This document shows, in pieces, positions 1 to 10,013 of a stretch of 64,000 nucleotides of DNA. Below the pieces are notes generated by a model that was given only the letters and a program-made list of their open reading frames with translations, had not been told where the DNA came from and did not search any database. Both the position numbers and the translations under genes were made by a program. How positions within the stretch are numbered: position 1 is the first letter of the stretch; the number at the start of each line of letters is the position of its first letter. This DNA comes from an uncultured Gammaproteobacteria bacterium (GTDB lineage: Bacteria; Patescibacteriota; Patescibacteriia; Buchananbacterales; UBA6539), in contig CAZINP010000002.1 in the NCBI GenBank assembly GCA_964540635.1, positions 20,963 to 84,962 on the forward strand, read 5' to 3'.

Positions 1-95
1 AGCCATGAAATTATTATTTTAAAATTTGATTTAAGCTTATTTTATCATTTTTTGGCAGTTGTGTAAAAGTTTTTTTAATGATAAAATATTAATCT

Positions 96-1814
96 ATGAA
101 TGGGACAAAGCGCTGGGTCGTCTCGCCGGCAATGCCGACTGAATTTTCTGATAAATTTCCCGAAATCGATCCGATTACACTTCAGCTTTTATATAACCGC
201 GGCCTGAAAACTCAAAACCAGATCGACGAATTTTTATATCCGGATTATGCAAATTTGCATGATCCTTTTTTGTTTAATGATATGGAAAAGGCTGTTAAAC
301 GTATTTTGCAGGCTATAGAAAAAAAAGAAAAAATGGTCGTTTATGGTGATTATGATGCTGACGGCGTTACTTCGTCGGTAATTTTAATGCAAACACTAAA
401 GGCTTTGGGGGCCGAGGTTGATGTTTATATTCCGTATCGTGAAACAGAGGGTTATGGCTTAAACAAAGATGCTGCCAAAGAATTGGTTAAGAACCAAGTA
501 AAAGTTTTAATTACGGTTGATTGCGGTGTTTCTAACGTTGAGGAAGTTGAAATTTTGAATCAAGGCCAAGTTGATGTTATTATTACGGACCATCATCATG
601 AGCCGCCAATTTTGCCCAAAGCTTTTGCTTTAATCAATCCTCATTTGGAAAAAGAAAAATATCCATTTAAAGATTTGACCGGCTGCGGTGTGGCCTTCAA
701 GGTGGCCTGTGCTTTAATTGCTAAGCATAAAGAATATGAGGTTAATCAATTGGTGGAAAGTTGGGAGAAATTACTTTTAGACTTAGTTGCTATTGGTACT
801 ATTGCTGATTTACAGCCAATTCTTGGCGAAAATAGGACGCTAGTAAAATATGGGATAATTATTTTACAGATGACTAACCGTTTGGGCTTGCGTGAAATGG
901 CAAAAATTATGAGTTCAGAATTAAGAAATTTGGACGAAAAATCTATCGGTTGGCAGATTGCCCCAAGGTTGAATGCGGCCGGCCGAATGAAGCATGCCAG
1001 CACTGCATATGAACTTCTAATTACTAAGGATCAGAAACAAGCGCATGATTTATCTGAATCTCTTAATCAAACTAATCGCGAGCGCCAACAGATCACCGAT
1101 AAAATTTTTAATGAAGCCTTAAGCTCTTTGGGTGAAATAAAAGATCAAAAAATTTTGGTGGCCATAGGCCAGGGCTGGGCAACCGGCGTGGTTGGTTTGG
1201 TGGCCGGTCGATTGACGGATCAAAATAATCGTCCGAGCTTGGTTGTTTCACATTTTAATGGCGAAATTATCGGTTCTGGGCGCAGTATTGAAGAATTTAA
1301 TATTATTGAGGCCCTGGAAGAATGTCGCGAATATTTATCGCGTTTCGGCGGTCACGCTCAAGCTTGTGGTTTTACGGTTAAAGACGAAGCAAGCCTGGAA
1401 GCGTTTATTCAAAAAATGAATACATTGGCAACAAAGGCTCTTGAGGGTAAGGAGCTCTTGCCGTCTTTAAATATTGAAATGGAAGTAAAATTGGAAGAAA
1501 TAAATTGGAAACTGCAAGAAGCCTTGGAAAAATTTGAGCCTTTTGGCGAGGATAATTATAAGCCGATATTTTTAGCCAGAAATGTCAGTATAAATGAATT
1601 TCAAGCCGTGGGTACGGACGGCAAGCATTTGCGTCTTTTGGTTAACCACCACAGTTCGGCCATTAGAAAAACCATTGGTTTTTGTTTTGGCACCTGGTGT
1701 AGTAAAATTAAAAAAGGCGATAAGATGGATTTGGTTTTTGAGGTTGATGTTAACGAATGGAACGGCAACAGGGAATTACAACTTAAAATCGTTGATTTAA
1801 AGCATTCGGCTTAA
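96..1814 (+). CDS. recJ: Single-stranded-DNA-specific exonuclease RecJ
   Basis: DHH-family motifs GDYDADG, ITVDCG, TDHH, PRLNAAGR, GGHAQACG; C-terminal OB-like end (VNEWNG..LQL). Confidence 0.97.
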   Translation: MNGTKRWVVSPAMPTEFSDKFPEIDPITLQLLYNRGLKTQNQIDEFLYPDYANLHDPFLFNDMEKAVKRILQAIEKKEKMVVYGDYDADGVTSSVILMQTLKALGAEVDVYIPYRETEGYGLNKDAAKELVKNQVKVLITVDCGVSNVEEVEILNQGQVDVIITDHHHEPPILPKAFALINPHLEKEKYPFKDLTGCGVAFKVACALIAKHKEYEVNQLVESWEKLLLDLVAIGTIADLQPILGENRTLVKYGIIILQMTNRLGLREMAKIMSSELRNLDEKSIGWQIAPRLNAAGRMKHASTAYELLITKDQKQAHDLSESLNQTNRERQQITDKIFNEALSSLGEIKDQKILVAIGQGWATGVVGLVAGRLTDQNNRPSLVVSHFNGEIIGSGRSIEEFNIIEALEECREYLSRFGGHAQACGFTVKDEASLEAFIQKMNTLATKALEGKELLPSLNIEMEVKLEEINWKLQEALEKFEPFGEDNYKPIFLARNVSINEFQAVGTDGKHLRLLVNHHSSAIRKTIGFCFGTWCSKIKKGDKMDLVFEVDVNEWNGNRELQLKIVDLKHSA

Positions 1815-1867
1815 AGCCGCCGGCGAGATTTAGCCGGAAAATAATTAATAAATTATTTAAAAGTAAA

Positions 1868-2269
1868 ATGCCAAAAGCAACTTTGCACACCGACGGCGGC
1901 GCCAGAGGCAATCCCGGACCATCCGGCATTGGCGTGGTTTTGGATTTGGAAGGCAAGCAATATTTATTTAAAGAATTTATCGGTTCCGGTACCAACAACC
2001 AAGCCGAATATCGCGCAGTTTTATTGGGCCTGGAAAAAGCCAAAGAGCTTGGCGCCGACGAAGTAGATGTTTTTTTGGACAGCGAATTGGTCAAAGAACA
2101 GCTCTCGGGAAATTATAAGGTAAAAAATCCTGAATTAGGCAATCTCTTTGTTAAAATTTGGAATCTTTCTCGGGGTTTTAAAAAAATTAAATATGTTCAC
2201 ATTTATCGAACGGACAATAAATTAGCAGATAGGTTAGTAAACGAGGCAATTGACGAGGCGCTTAAATAA
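1868..2269 (+). CDS. rnhA: Ribonuclease HI (bacterial/archaeal-like type)
   Basis: TDGGARGNPGP, TNNQAEY, DSELV, NKLADRL motifs. Confidence 0.92.
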   Translation: MPKATLHTDGGARGNPGPSGIGVVLDLEGKQYLFKEFIGSGTNNQAEYRAVLLGLEKAKELGADEVDVFLDSELVKEQLSGNYKVKNPELGNLFVKIWNLSRGFKKIKYVHIYRTDNKLADRLVNEAIDEALK

Positions 2270-2294
2270 TGCATTAATTCATAAAAATAAAACC

Positions 2295-2690
2295 ATGAAA
2301 ATTAACATCAAGTGGACAAACATTGAAAATAATCAAGAGTTGGAAAAATTTATTGACGAGAGAATAGGCGAATTAAAAAAATATTTGCCCGAGCGCACTG
2401 AGCCGATTGATGTCAGAGTTGAAATCGGACGCACCACCTTTCATCATCAATCGGGTGATATTTACCATGCGGTTTGTGATTTGCGTTTGCCGGGCAAGGT
2501 TTTAAGGGCTCAGGCTGACAGGGCGGATTTAAATCAAGCCATTACTGAGGTTAAAGAAGAATTGCAAGGCAAAATAAAAAATTATAAAGAAGCGAATGTT
2601 GCTAAAAATCGTCGCATGCAAAGATTGTGGAAGGCAATTAAAAATTCTTCACCGATGGAGTGGGGAAAAGGTAAATTTATTAAAAAATAA
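2295..2690 (+). CDS. hpf: Ribosome hibernation factor HPF/RaiA family
   Basis: MKINIK start; ...LRLPGKVLRA..DLNQAI..VKEEL..KIK pattern of S30EA family. Start moved to ATG 2295. Confidence 0.8.
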   Translation: MKINIKWTNIENNQELEKFIDERIGELKKYLPERTEPIDVRVEIGRTTFHHQSGDIYHAVCDLRLPGKVLRAQADRADLNQAITEVKEELQGKIKNYKEANVAKNRRMQRLWKAIKNSSPMEWGKGKFIKK

Positions 2691-2699
2691 TCAAAAAAT

Positions 2700-3335
2700 A
2701 TGATTTGGAAAAATTTTCCTTACCCGCTCAGGGGGATGATAATTTTTGCAGCTTTCTTTTTAGTTGTTAATTTCGTGCCTCAGGCTTCATTTATTCTGAT
2801 GTTGCCTTATTTTCTTATTTCGATGCCATTATATTTTTTTCTATGGGCCCTTTCTTCAATAACAAATATACAACCGAACGATTCTTATTTTATTCATGAG
2901 GGCTTACTCTTTTTTTATTTTTTAATAATCGGAGCGGTTGCGGGTTTAATCTATGGGAAATTAAAGAGGAGAAGAATTAAAATTGAAAATGAGAATAGAA
3001 TCACTTGGTTTCGAAAATTTCCTATTTGGTTTAGGGCTTTGATTATTACTTGGATTATTTCAATTATACTTATCCTACCAGTTTTTGCTTTGTGGTCATG
3101 CGTCGGTTTAACTTGTCTGGGGGTCGGTATTTATATGATGCCATCACTTATTCTCTCAATGCCGGTCCTTGGGTTATTCAGCTTGGTAATAAAGGATTTC
3201 TCACTTGAAAGCAACCCACCAATGATTATGTTTTTTGCTTTTATTCAATTTTTATATTTTACGGTTTTCGGACTTATTTTAGGCGTGATTATTCAGAAAT
3301 ATAAAGAGAGAAAATTAAATAATAGCAAACAATAA
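2700..3335 (+). CDS. Hypothetical polytopic membrane protein with two internal repeats
   Basis: About 6 hydrophobic segments; halves begin WKNFPYPLRG / WFRKFPIWFRA and end YFLIIGAVAGLIYGK / YFTVFGLILGVIIQK. Confidence 0.6.
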   Translation: MIWKNFPYPLRGMIIFAAFFLVVNFVPQASFILMLPYFLISMPLYFFLWALSSITNIQPNDSYFIHEGLLFFYFLIIGAVAGLIYGKLKRRRIKIENENRITWFRKFPIWFRALIITWIISIILILPVFALWSCVGLTCLGVGIYMMPSLILSMPVLGLFSLVIKDFSLESNPPMIMFFAFIQFLYFTVFGLILGVIIQKYKERKLNNSKQ

Positions 3336-3338
3336 TTT

Positions 3339-3809
3339 ATGTTTGTTAAAATAAATAAAGCCGGCCTATTTTTATTTCTAAGTTTTTTGTTTTTTATATT
3401 TTACCAATTGTCAATGGCACTTGTTTCCTCGATTTCATTTTTAGATTCTTCTGGCTTGTTGGGTAAAATTTTGGTTTGTTTTTCACTTTTGATTTTAGCT
3501 TTTTCACCATTATCATTTATCTTGTTTTTGGTCTTTGCAGTTTTCATTAAAACCCCCAAAAAAGCCAACCTTGGTGATTCGAAACCAACCCCGATACAAC
3601 CTAGGAAAATCAATAAAGCAGGCCTATTTTTTATCTTGACGATCGTTTTTCTCTTGATTAATGGTTATTTTATTTCTCTTGGTTTGGCCCCGTCATCAGC
3701 GCCTAAGTTTTTGGATATTATACCTGCTTATTTCACCCCGATTATCCTTTTTGGCTTGCCAATTTCTTTTTGTTTATTTTTATACTTTTGGGCTTTCGGT
3801 AAAAAATAG
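3339..3809 (+). CDS. Hypothetical 4-TM membrane protein with internal duplication
   Basis: KINKAGLF occurs twice, each followed by two hydrophobic helices. Confidence 0.6.
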   Translation: MFVKINKAGLFLFLSFLFFIFYQLSMALVSSISFLDSSGLLGKILVCFSLLILAFSPLSFILFLVFAVFIKTPKKANLGDSKPTPIQPRKINKAGLFFILTIVFLLINGYFISLGLAPSSAPKFLDIIPAYFTPIILFGLPISFCLFLYFWAFGKK

Positions 3810-3825
3810 TTAAATTTTAATTAAT

Positions 3826-3857
3826 CAACATAGCGCCATTTATTGGCGCTTTTGTTG
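3826..3857 (+). repeat. CAACATAGCG motif copy 1 with hairpin
   Basis: CAACATAGCGCCA-TTTAT-TGGCGCT-TT-TGTTG; same 10-mer at 10759, 11381, 12023. Confidence 0.75.
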
Positions 3858-3878
3858 TATAAATTATTATTGTATATT

Positions 3879-4469
3879 ATGTCTTTTAATTCAATAAAAA
3901 ATCAGCGTCGTTCAATTCGTTTGCCATATTTTGATTATTCCCAGGACGGTCAATATTTTATTACCATTTGTTCATTTGAAAAGAAAGATATTTTTTCACG
4001 GGTTGAAAATAATATATCAATTTTGAATAATTTTGGAAAGATTGTGGAGGAGGAGTTGTTAAATACCCAAAAAATTCGTAAAAACGTCATGATTGGTAAA
4101 TATGTTATCATGCCAAATCATATTCACGTAATTATCACAATTACCCGTGGTAGGGGCGCATTGCAATACGATTTTGCAACAAAAAATGGAAATCGTGGTA
4201 GGGGCGTATTGCAATACGCCCCTACGTTTGATTTTAATTACAAAAAAATATTTAAATCACCGTCGCAATCAATCGGTTCAATCGTGCGTGGTTTCAAATC
4301 AATTACCACCAAACGTATCAATATTATACGTCAAACCCCGGGCGTGCCGGTTTGGCAACGCAATTTTTACGAACACATTATTCGCGATGAAAATGATTAT
4401 CATCGTATTGTTGATTATATAAAATTAAACCCGGAAAAATGGCAATTTGACCGTAATTTCCGGAAATAA
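3879..4469 (+). mobile_element. REP-associated tyrosine transposase (RAYT/TnpA-REP, Y1 HUH family)
   Basis: RRSIRL..DYSQ.G.YFITIC, HUH motif MPNHIH, WQRNFYEHIIR, catalytic YI..NP; associated with GTAG palindromes. Confidence 0.9.
4150..4225. repeat. Two REP copies inside the RAYT CDS (one degenerate, one perfect 28-bp palindrome)
   Basis: GTAGGGGCGCATTGCAATACG (4150-4170) and GTAGGGGCGTATTGCAATACGCCCCTAC (4198-4225). Confidence 0.9.
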
Positions 4470-4500
4470 AAAAACCGCCACATCGGGCGATTAAATGTAT

Positions 4501-4650
4501 GGGCGAATTCATGTGCGGGCGTATTGCAATACGCCCCTACGCCCGATATTAATTATGGAAAATTTTTTAAATAATCCTAATAATTTTAACAAATAAAAAA
4601 ACGCCCTATCGGGCGAATTCATGTGCGGGCGTATTGCAATACGCCCCTAC
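4501..4650 (-). repeat. Two identical 40-bp REP-containing direct repeats
   Basis: GGGCGAATTCATGTGCGGGCGTATTGCAATACGCCCCTAC at 4501-4540 and 4611-4650; reads GTAG+palindrome on the minus strand. Confidence 0.9.
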
Positions 4651-6114
4651 CTAATATTTCGTTAAATCAATTGTCTCATCGATGCGAATCTCTTTCACAA
4701 AATCCGGCATATGCGAAACCATGATCATGGCACCGTCATAATCATGAATGGCTTTGGCAATTATTGGAATGTGGCGAAAATTTATGTGATTGGTCGGCTC
4801 GTCTAAAATCAATAATCCCGGTTTCATCAAAACCAAACGGGCAAACGACAATAAGCCTTTTTGGCCCTCGGATAAATCTTTAATTTTATTACCCATCAAA
4901 TTGCCGGTAATCAAAAATCCGGCGGCAACTGAACGCATTTTTTCTTCGTTTATCACTTCGTCGGTATTTAAAGCACAAGCGCTTTTTAAGGAATCAAAAA
5001 CCGTTTGTTCAAAATCAAGGTGGGAAAAATCTTGGCTGTAATAGCCAACCACGACTTTGGGTGTGATGGTGGCGCCGTGCGATTTGCCGGCTACCAAACT
5101 GCGCAAAAAAGTGCTTTTACCCGCGCCGTTTGGGCCGGAAACTAAAACATGCATTTTCTTACGCACGGTCAGCTCAATATCTTTTTGCAAAGGCTGGTGG
5201 CCATAAAAAGTCAAAACCGATTTAATTTCCACCACCGGGCCAATTACGTTTTGCGCTTCAATTTGAAAATCGCGAATTGTTTTATCTTCTTTTCTGACAT
5301 CAACCATGCTTTCTTCAAGTTCCTCGGTTTCTTCCTTGAGCTTTGAGGCCAGCTTTCTCATCTTACCGCCTTTATTGGCAAAGAAATTAACTTTTTCTTT
5401 TCTATCCTTGATTAATTTCTGGGCGCGGGCGTTTTCCATTCTTTCGCGCTCAATGCGCGCAGCAATTTCTTCTACCACGGTATAGTAATCGCCATTATAT
5501 GTTTCAATTTTGTGGGTATGAACATCAAGATAAATAACGCCGTCGGTAAAACAATTTAAAAAATCGGCATCATGAGAAATAACAATCACAGTTTTTTCGT
5601 ACATGCACAAAAAAGTAATCAAGTGGTCAATCCCGGCTTGATCTAAATTATTAGTCGGCTCATCCAAAAGCAAAATATCCGGATCTTGAATTAAGGCATA
5701 AGCCAAAAGTAAGCGCGCTTGCTGGCCGCCGCTCATCTCACCGACTTTTCTTTCAAAGGGAATGGACAGATTGACGGCATCCATAACCTTGCTAATTTTG
5801 CTTTTTAGATTACCCGGTACCGGGTTGAAAGCTTTGGCAAAGTATTGCTCCAAGGTCAAATCAAAGTCGGCTCTACCCAAGGTTTGAGGTGCCGCACCAA
5901 TGCTGGCGTTATTAGTAACTGAAATTTGGCCTTTTTTTGGTTTGAGCTGGCCCTGCATTAAAGCAAAAATTGTGCTTTTGCCGGCGCCGTTTTGGCCCAT
6001 CAAAGTGATTTTAGAACCACGGCGCACGCTAAAACAGGCCTCGTCCAAAAGCGGTTTATTGTATGAATATTCAAATGTGACCTCGTTAAAACGCAGGATG
6101 ACTTCTTCTGGCAT
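4651..6114 (-). CDS. ABC-F family ATPase (ribosome-associated, twin NBD, no TM)
   Basis: GQNGAGKS / MSGGQ / LLLDEPTN and GPNGAGKS / LSEGQ / LILDEPTN with helical linker. Confidence 0.9.
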   Translation of the reverse strand: MPEEVILRFNEVTFEYSYNKPLLDEACFSVRRGSKITLMGQNGAGKSTIFALMQGQLKPKKGQISVTNNASIGAAPQTLGRADFDLTLEQYFAKAFNPVPGNLKSKISKVMDAVNLSIPFERKVGEMSGGQQARLLLAYALIQDPDILLLDEPTNNLDQAGIDHLITFLCMYEKTVIVISHDADFLNCFTDGVIYLDVHTHKIETYNGDYYTVVEEIAARIERERMENARAQKLIKDRKEKVNFFANKGGKMRKLASKLKEETEELEESMVDVRKEDKTIRDFQIEAQNVIGPVVEIKSVLTFYGHQPLQKDIELTVRKKMHVLVSGPNGAGKSTFLRSLVAGKSHGATITPKVVVGYYSQDFSHLDFEQTVFDSLKSACALNTDEVINEEKMRSVAAGFLITGNLMGNKIKDLSEGQKGLLSFARLVLMKPGLLILDEPTNHINFRHIPIIAKAIHDYDGAMIMVSHMPDFVKEIRIDETIDLTKY

Positions 6115-6293
6115 AAATAATGATAATTAGGCCATAATTTTGGCCCATTAGATAACGAGTATAACATAAAAGTATTGGAATGGCAAGGATTAGTGCGGGT
6201 TTTTAGTAAGCAGTTTTTGGATTGTCTTGATTTTGACAAAAGCGCTGAAAAATGGGAAAATTAGATTGAAATATTTAAAATATTTATCAATAT

Positions 6294-6920
6294 ATGAAAA
6301 TAAAAAAACAACTTTCACTTTTAATTTTTACTGGCATTTTTGTTCTATTTATAGTTATCTTAAGCGGATGTGTTTCCTTAAAGCCGAGATCGAATGTGTG
6401 CACAAAGGAAGCAAAAATTTGTCCCGACGGCACGACTGTTGGAAGAACCGGTCCAAATTGTGAATTTGCACCGTGTTTGTCTAAGGTTGTTTTGCCTGAA
6501 GGCTGGTTGAAATCTGCCAGTGAAAAGCAAGATTTAACCTTTTACTATCCGCAAGATTTTCCCGCGGTTTATATGCGTCCAAAGTCTTGGCCGCCGCAAA
6601 TTTTTGTTTCAACCAGCACATATAATTGTTTGCAAACAGATCCGACAAGCAGTCTGTCTAACCGGATTACCGAAAAGATTGTGAATTCAAATGCTTATTG
6701 CATTGAAGCGTTAAGTGATGGTGCGGCTGGCAGTATTTTCACAGAATATAAATTTTCTCGTGAAATTTCCGGAAGATTGATTGATTTATCTTTTACTCTG
6801 CAGGCTGTTCAGTGCTACAATTATGATGATCCAAGGCAATCGGAATGTATTGATGAGCGAGAAAATTTTGATTTGATTGAGTTAGTTGATAAAATTTTTC
6901 AAACAATAAATTTTGATTAA
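6294..6920 (+). CDS. Putative lipoprotein with Cys-rich CTxEAKICPDG motif
   Basis: Signal peptide/lipobox ILSGC; CTKEAKICPDGTTVGRTGPNCEFAPC segment seen in CPR surface proteins. Confidence 0.65.
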   Translation: MKIKKQLSLLIFTGIFVLFIVILSGCVSLKPRSNVCTKEAKICPDGTTVGRTGPNCEFAPCLSKVVLPEGWLKSASEKQDLTFYYPQDFPAVYMRPKSWPPQIFVSTSTYNCLQTDPTSSLSNRITEKIVNSNAYCIEALSDGAAGSIFTEYKFSREISGRLIDLSFTLQAVQCYNYDDPRQSECIDERENFDLIELVDKIFQTINFD

Positions 6921-6925
6921 AGATT

Positions 6926-7654
6926 ATGTCTAAAATAATTATCCTCGACACCGAAACCACCAGCCTGGACGAGACATCTCGTTTAGTTCAGTTAGCGTAT
7001 AAAAATTTAGAGAATGGCGATTTAGTGAACGAATTATTCAAGCCACCAACGCCGATTTCGTATGGGGCGATGGCAACTCATCATATTACCAACGAAATGG
7101 TGACAAATAAGCCGTTATTTGAGGGCAGTCAAACCAAGCAAAATCTCGAAAAACTTTTGGATTCCGGCGTAATGGTTGCTCACAATGCGTCTTTTGATAT
7201 TGGCATTTTAAAAAATGAAAATATTTTGGTTAAAAAGTTTATTGACACTTTACGCGTTTCTAAACATTTGATGTCGTGCGAACGCTATGATTTGCAATAT
7301 TTGCGATATTTGTTGAATTTTAATGTGCCGGAAGCCACAGCTCACGATGCTTTAGGCGATATTTTGATTCTAGAAAAGTTGTTTTTACATCTAAGCTCGT
7401 TAATTAAAGAAAAATTATCGTTAACAAATGAAGATCAGATTATTGAAAAAATGATTGAATTAACCAATGAGCCGATTTTGCTTAACAAAATTAATTTTGG
7501 TAAATATAAAGGCAAAACTTTTGCTGAAATAAATCAGCTTGACCCCGGTTATTTAACCTGGTTATACAACAGTGAATCCAGCAAAAAAGAACGTGAACAA
7601 AATGAAGAGTTAATTTATACTCTCAAAAAACATTTATATTTGGATAAAGCCTAG
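6926..7654 (+). CDS. DEDDh 3'-5' exonuclease (ExoX/DnaQ-like) with C-terminal FGKYKG domain
   Basis: LDTETT, AHNASFD, HDALGD; C-terminal FGKYKGK..DPGYLTWL. Confidence 0.85.
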   Translation: MSKIIILDTETTSLDETSRLVQLAYKNLENGDLVNELFKPPTPISYGAMATHHITNEMVTNKPLFEGSQTKQNLEKLLDSGVMVAHNASFDIGILKNENILVKKFIDTLRVSKHLMSCERYDLQYLRYLLNFNVPEATAHDALGDILILEKLFLHLSSLIKEKLSLTNEDQIIEKMIELTNEPILLNKINFGKYKGKTFAEINQLDPGYLTWLYNSESSKKEREQNEELIYTLKKHLYLDKA

Positions 7655-7679
7655 TTTAATTTATCTTTAGACTAAAAAT

Positions 7680-8078
7680 ATGTACGAAACCGTCGCCTGG
7701 TATCAAAGTTTAACCAAGCCTTTTTGGGCGCCACCAAGTTGGCTTTTTGGTCCGGTTTGGACTTTTTTGTATTTAATCATTGCTTTTAGTTTTGGCGCAG
7801 TTTTGCAAAAAACGATTTCAAAAAAAATTTCTTGGGTAATTGCCTTGCCCTTTGGTTTAAACATTTTTTTTAATCTTATTTTTTCACCAATTCAATTTGG
7901 TTTGCAAAATAACTTATTGGCGGCCATTGATATAATTTTAGTTCTAGCTACTTTAATTTGGGCGATGGTGGTAATTTGGCCAAAGATGCGTTGGGTTGCC
8001 TTGGTTAATATTCCTTATTTAGTTTGGGTTTGCTTTGCTACCATTTTGCAATTAACCGTTACATATTTAAATTTTTAA
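7680..8078 (+). CDS. tspO: TspO/MBR tryptophan-rich sensory protein
   Basis: WYQSLTKPFWAPPSWLFGPVWT..PYLVWVCFA signature. Confidence 0.92.
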   Translation: MYETVAWYQSLTKPFWAPPSWLFGPVWTFLYLIIAFSFGAVLQKTISKKISWVIALPFGLNIFFNLIFSPIQFGLQNNLLAAIDIILVLATLIWAMVVIWPKMRWVALVNIPYLVWVCFATILQLTVTYLNF

Positions 8079-8082
8079 TTTT

Positions 8083-8478
8083 ATGTTTTTAAGATTGTAT
8101 TTTATTGCCCTGCCGATCGCCTTGGTTTTTGATATGATTTGGCTTGGCTTTATTTCAAGAAGCTTTTATCAATCCGAACTTGGTTATTTGATGAAAAGCA
8201 ATGTAAATTGGACGGCGGCCATATTGTTTTATTTATTTTTTGTGGCGGCCCTGATCTTTTTTGTCGTTGATCCGGCCGTAGTAAAAGGCTCTTGGTTTAA
8301 TGCTTTGCTTTTTGGCGCATTTTTTGGGTTTATTTGCTATGCCACTTACGATTTAACCAATCAAGCAACTATCAAGGATTGGCCATTATTAGTGACGATT
8401 GTTGACTTGGCTTGGGGAACTTTCTTTTCCGCCATTGTCAGCTTAACTACATATTTTATATATCAAAAGTTTTTTTAA
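8083..8478 (+). CDS. DUF2177-like membrane protein
   Basis: D.IWLG, YATYDLTNQAT..W....VDLAWG pattern. Confidence 0.8.
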   Translation: MFLRLYFIALPIALVFDMIWLGFISRSFYQSELGYLMKSNVNWTAAILFYLFFVAALIFFVVDPAVVKGSWFNALLFGAFFGFICYATYDLTNQATIKDWPLLVTIVDLAWGTFFSAIVSLTTYFIYQKFF

Positions 8479-8486
8479 GATAAAAA

Positions 8487-10013
8487 ATGGCCCTAACTGC
8501 TTCCAAATTATACGATTACACCCAATGTCCGCATCGCGTTTGGCGGGATTTATATGGACCCATGTCCGAAAAAAGCGAAGAGTCAAATCCCTTTGTTGAG
8601 CTATTGTGGGAAAGGGGGATTAAATACGAAGAAAAAGTAATCAGTGGTTTGGGAGATTTTCTTAATTTGCGCGGCGTGCCACAAAAGGAAAATAAAAAAC
8701 AAACGCTTCAGGCTATGTCTAACGGTGTTTCTTTGATTTATCAAGGTGTAATTGAGTATGATGGTTTGTTGGGCATACCTGATTTACTTAAACGTCAGCC
8801 GGATAGTACATATGTTCCCATTGAAATTAAATCCGGCATGGGCCGCGAAGGCACAGGGGATGATGAAAGCGAAGACGAAGGAAAATTAAAAAAACATTAC
8901 GCCATTCAGCTTGGGTTGTATTTGGAAGTTTTAGCCGGTATGGGTTTTTCCAAAAATCATGTTGGCTATATTTTGGACGGCCACGGAAAAACGGTTGAGT
9001 ATAATTTGGATCAGCCTATGGGAGCGAGGTTAAGACAGACTTTTTGGGAATACTACCAACAAGGCAGAGATAATGTTAAATTATTGCAATCAAACGAGGC
9101 AAAAAACGATCCGGCACTTTCGGGAATTTGCAAACTTTGTCCGTGGTATCAAAGTTGTAAAAAATGGGTTGAAAAAAATGAAGATCCAACCGGTCTGTTT
9201 TATGTCGGCCGAAGTAAGCGAGATTTGCTTAATCAGGAGTTGAATATAAGGCATATTGGCGATATTTTACTTCTTGACCCAAAAGAAATCCTGGCGCAAA
9301 AGAAAAAAGATAAAAATTTTATTAAAGGTTTAGGCGAAAAAACTTTAAATAAAATTATTGACAGAGCGCGAGTTTTAAAAGTCAAACAAAAGCCGGTTGT
9401 TTATGAAAAGATTGATTTTCCCAAAGTCTCGTACGAATTATTTTTTGACATTGAAGATGACCCGACTCAAGAATTCGTTTATTTACACGGCGTTTATGAG
9501 CGAAGCAAAAACGGCGAAAGATTTTTAGATTTTACCGCCAAGGAAGTCAGTCCAAAAGCTGAGGCTGCTGCCTGGAAAGATTTTTGGGATTATATTCGTT
9601 CGTTGCCCCAGAACGATTTTGCCGTTTATTATTATTCGGCCCATGAAAAAAACACTTATAAGAGAATGCAAAAAACCTACCCTGAAATTATTTCAGAAAA
9701 GGAATTGGAAAACTTTTTTGCCAATCCAAATGTGATTGACTTGTATACCAATGTTGTTTTGACTAAAACTGATTGGCCGCTTAGCAGTTATTCTATAAAA
9801 GCTATTGCCCAATATTTAGGTTTTAATTGGCGCGACGAAACGCCCTCCGGCGCTTTATCAATTCAGTGGTTTAATGATTATCTAGAAAAAAATGATCCGA
9901 AAATTTTAGAAAGAATTTTGTTGTATAATGAAGATGACTGCAAAGCCACAATGGTGGTTAAAGATGCAATTCAAAATATTTCTGATAAACAATATTTAAC
10001 TTTTCAAATATGA
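8487..10013 (+). CDS. TM0106-family RecB/Cas4-like nuclease with C-terminal RNase H-like domain
   Basis: N-terminal CP, GIPDLL..PIEIK, QLxxY, CKLCPWYQSC Fe-S cluster; FFDIED..YNEDD exonuclease motifs. Confidence 0.85.
   Translation: MALTASKLYDYTQCPHRVWRDLYGPMSEKSEESNPFVELLWERGIKYEEKVISGLGDFLNLRGVPQKENKKQTLQAMSNGVSLIYQGVIEYDGLLGIPDLLKRQPDSTYVPIEIKSGMGREGTGDDESEDEGKLKKHYAIQLGLYLEVLAGMGFSKNHVGYILDGHGKTVEYNLDQPMGARLRQTFWEYYQQGRDNVKLLQSNEAKNDPALSGICKLCPWYQSCKKWVEKNEDPTGLFYVGRSKRDLLNQELNIRHIGDILLLDPKEILAQKKKDKNFIKGLGEKTLNKIIDRARVLKVKQKPVVYEKIDFPKVSYELFFDIEDDPTQEFVYLHGVYERSKNGERFLDFTAKEVSPKAEAAAWKDFWDYIRSLPQNDFAVYYYSAHEKNTYKRMQKTYPEIISEKELENFFANPNVIDLYTNVVLTKTDWPLSSYSIKAIAQYLGFNWRDETPSGALSIQWFNDYLEKNDPKILERILLYNEDDCKATMVVKDAIQNISDKQYLTFQI

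Noticed and set aside
3826-3860. Motif hairpin as an integron attC site
   Set aside because: AAC..GTT ends occur in only one copy, it is too short, and there are no RYYYAAC/GTTRRRY boxes or integron integrase.
4147-4422. Overlapping 91-aa ORF containing VGAYCNTPL
   Set aside because: Alternative-frame translation of the REP palindromes inside the RAYT gene.
8487-10013. Cas4-like nuclease suggesting a CRISPR locus
   Set aside because: No repeat-spacer array or cas1/cas2 in the window; architecture fits TM0106.
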